From the NCBI GenBank assembly GCA_037310415.1, contig CP147780.1, forward strand, positions 1,632,001 to 1,696,000: a DNA stretch of 64,000 nt. The letters are read 5' to 3'. A program made the translations under genes and the position numbers. Numbering within the stretch: position 1 is the first letter of the stretch; the number at the start of each line of letters is the position of its first letter. The notes beneath the pieces are model-generated. The model did not search any database. It had not been told where the DNA came from and saw only the letters and a program-made list of their open reading frames with translations. The stretch is from Candidatus Atabeyarchaeum deiterrae (GTDB lineage Archaea; Asgardarchaeota; Atabeyarchaeia; Atabeyarchaeales; Atabeyarchaeaceae). Below, one piece after another: positions 62,053-64,000 of this stretch.

Positions 62053-62847
62053 TTGGAAATGGCTAAGGTCGAAGGCGATAGTATGAAGGACAATCCAATT
62101 GTCAGAACCATATTGGCGCATAAGTCGATTCGGAAATACACTGAAGAATTGCCAACTGACGAGGTGATAGAGACAATCGTCAGAGCGGGGCAACAAGCGC
62201 CTTTTGCATCTCAGTATTACAGCGTGCTACTGTCAAGAAATGCAAAGCATAACCCTTGGCATGCCCCCCTACTATTCACAATCTGCATTGATTCTCATAA
62301 ATTCGAATTGATCATGGCAAAGAGAAACTGGAGACTTCTAACAAATGACTTGGCGTTGCTTTTCTTTGGAATACAGGATGCCTCCTTGATGGCTGAAAAC
62401 ATGGTCGTCGCAGGCAGGAGCCTGGGACTTGGAAGTTGCTTTCTTGGAAGCGCGATGTTCAGGGCAGACAAGATCGCAGAGGAATATAAACTGCCGAAGA
62501 GAGTCTTTCCACTGGTGCAGCTAGCAATGGGATTTCCTGCCGAAGATCCACCGCCAAGACCACGTTATCCAATTGACTATTCACTGTTCGAAGACAAGTA
62601 TCCAGAACTAGACGACGAAAAGATATCAAGAGCGATGCGGGCCATGGATGAAGGATACCTTGCACAGGATTACTACAGAAAAGCCAAGGCAAAGATAAAG
62701 CTAGAGGGAGATCGGAGAGAAACTTTTACCTACGACAATTACAGTTGGACGGAGCATATCTGTAGAAAGTGGGGTCAATGGTACCCAGATTCGAAGGGGC
62801 TTCTTGAACAACTCGAAAAAAGAGGATTTCTCATCACTCGAAAGTAA
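62053..62847 (+). CDS. nitroreductase family
   Basis: HKSIRKY, SLGLGSC, PRPRYP. Confidence 0.9.
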   Translation: MEMAKVEGDSMKDNPIVRTILAHKSIRKYTEELPTDEVIETIVRAGQQAPFASQYYSVLLSRNAKHNPWHAPLLFTICIDSHKFELIMAKRNWRLLTNDLALLFFGIQDASLMAENMVVAGRSLGLGSCFLGSAMFRADKIAEEYKLPKRVFPLVQLAMGFPAEDPPPRPRYPIDYSLFEDKYPELDDEKISRAMRAMDEGYLAQDYYRKAKAKIKLEGDRRETFTYDNYSWTEHICRKWGQWYPDSKGLLEQLEKRGFLITRK

Positions 62848-62940
62848 CACCGATTGCGCCCGACTCTACTGACTGGGATTTGAAGATTGGCTACTAAATA
62901 AAAAGAAGAAGGGCGTGTGCATCGTGTTCTGATGGGCATT

Positions 62941-63678
62941 TCACTTTTTCAGAAGTCTAATGTTGTCTTTGTCGATTTTGGAAACTATACCTTTCTGCTC
63001 AAGTAGCTCGATTGTTCTAGCTGCGGTAGCAGAATTGATCTTGGTCGCCTTTTTGAGGTCATCGATTAGTATCTGTCCGTTCTCCTTGATCAGCTCCGCA
63101 ACTATCGTGACTTCAGGAGGCTCAGACTCTGCCTCAATCAGGAGGAAGTCTGTGATCGGCTCCTTTTCCGACAGCTCCTTGGTTTTTTGCTGGAACTCGT
63201 TTTTCTGCTTCTCGAGGTCCTCGAATTCCTTTTCATTTGATTGTTTCATATTCTCGAAGTTTCCGCGGAGGTCAGTCGTTTCCTTGCTGAGTTTCTCAAG
63301 TTCTGCCTTGAGTGTTTCGATCTTGGTCTTGTACTGGTCAAGCGTGTTCTGTGCCTTCGCGATTTCCTTTTGGGTGGAGACTATTTCAGAAACTGCTGAT
63401 GATCTCTTCTTCTCCACTTCCTTGCTTTTCTGCTCAAGTTGACTGATCTCGGATTTCAGACCCTGTCTTTTTTCTTCTAGTCGAGAGATGTCATCATCGC
63501 GCGTGCGCATCTTTCTATCCCATTCTTCGAGTTCGATGTTCACTCTTCCCGCCACTTCTGCCACTTTGCGGCTTTCACTTGAGAAGGTATCTCGCGCCCT
63601 TAGGATTGACTTCTCTAGGTCGGCTATCCTCAACTCGTGTCTGCTTATGAGTTCTCTTATTTTCTCAATTTCGGACAT
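62941..63678 (-). CDS. long coiled-coil protein with C-terminal winged helix
   Basis: Heptad E/K-rich region followed by IDDLKKATKINSATAARTIELLEQKGIV. Confidence 0.75.
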   Translation of the reverse strand: MSEIEKIRELISRHELRIADLEKSILRARDTFSSESRKVAEVAGRVNIELEEWDRKMRTRDDDISRLEEKRQGLKSEISQLEQKSKEVEKKRSSAVSEIVSTQKEIAKAQNTLDQYKTKIETLKAELEKLSKETTDLRGNFENMKQSNEKEFEDLEKQKNEFQQKTKELSEKEPITDFLLIEAESEPPEVTIVAELIKENGQILIDDLKKATKINSATAARTIELLEQKGIVSKIDKDNIRLLKK

Positions 63679-63706
63679 TTGAGTTCATCCTCCTATCTTT
63701 TGTCTC

Positions 63707-64000
63707 TCAAGGTTCCAAGGGGCGGAGAGCTTTGACTTCTCCAGCCTTCGAATCGTACTGCAGTACTGTCTTCTTGACAAGCTTTTTCACCAAGGACTCG
63801 ATGTCATTTCTTTTCAACTGTGTCGTTGTCTGAAGATGCTCCATGGTTGTCGTAGGTTGGTCGCGTATAGCTTCTATGATCTTGAGTTCAGGGAACGAAG
63901 CGGCCTTCTCCTTCATAAGTAGTTGGAGAGCCTTGTGCTTAGCTTCTTTCGAGGCTAGATCGAATTGTGCTTCATCATGGGATCCCCTTAGTGATCGGAT
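63707..64000 (-). CDS. partial coiled-coil + winged-helix protein (runs off the window)
   Basis: Frame open to position 64000; PELKII...LVKKLVKKTVLQYD. Confidence 0.65.
   Translation of the reverse strand: MRSLRGSHDEAQFDLASKEAKHKALQLLMKEKAASFPELKIIEAIRDQPTTTMEHLQTTTQLKRNDIESLVKKLVKKTVLQYDSKAGEVKALRPLEP

Noticed and set aside
1-64000. CRISPR arrays, tRNA/rRNA genes, global TAG recoding
   Set aside because: No repeat-spacer array or tRNA/rRNA motifs seen; many clear genes terminate at TAG

Overview
Gene-dense archaeal chromosomal window. It is most likely from an Asgard archaeon: it has GGTG/GGAGG Shine-Dalgarno sites, BRE/TATA promoters, diphthamide synthase, three longin-like domains, a Ras-like fold, V4R proteins, PCI-like winged helices, SCP2 and WD40. 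About 65 CDSs are present, mostly metabolic or housekeeping: a sugar/polyol cluster with SDRs and an FGGY kinase, nadE, ilvD-like, acyl-CoA dehydrogenases, a P-type ATPase, ABC and CDF transporters, arsM and peptidases. No rRNA, tRNA or CRISPR array was seen. The top finding is an unannotated 45-codon pre-peptide gene (2862-2999). It encodes a signal-peptide-like leader plus a ~10-aa tail and faces a 497-aa tandem Lrp/AsnC-type regulator. An identical 16-bp motif (GTGAACCATTTTAAAC) lies upstream of both genes, suggesting a peptide-pheromone/regulator (quorum-sensing-like) module. Other notable items: an EVE-like reader/DNA methylase/Mrr-like-longin/KaiC-like locus, an anticodon-less MshC-like CysRS paralogue, several pseudo-enzymes, an unannotated Cys-rich miniprotein near arsM, probable CTG starts, an in-frame TAG and IS200/IS605 remnants. 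All family calls come from manual motif recognition, not from database searches.
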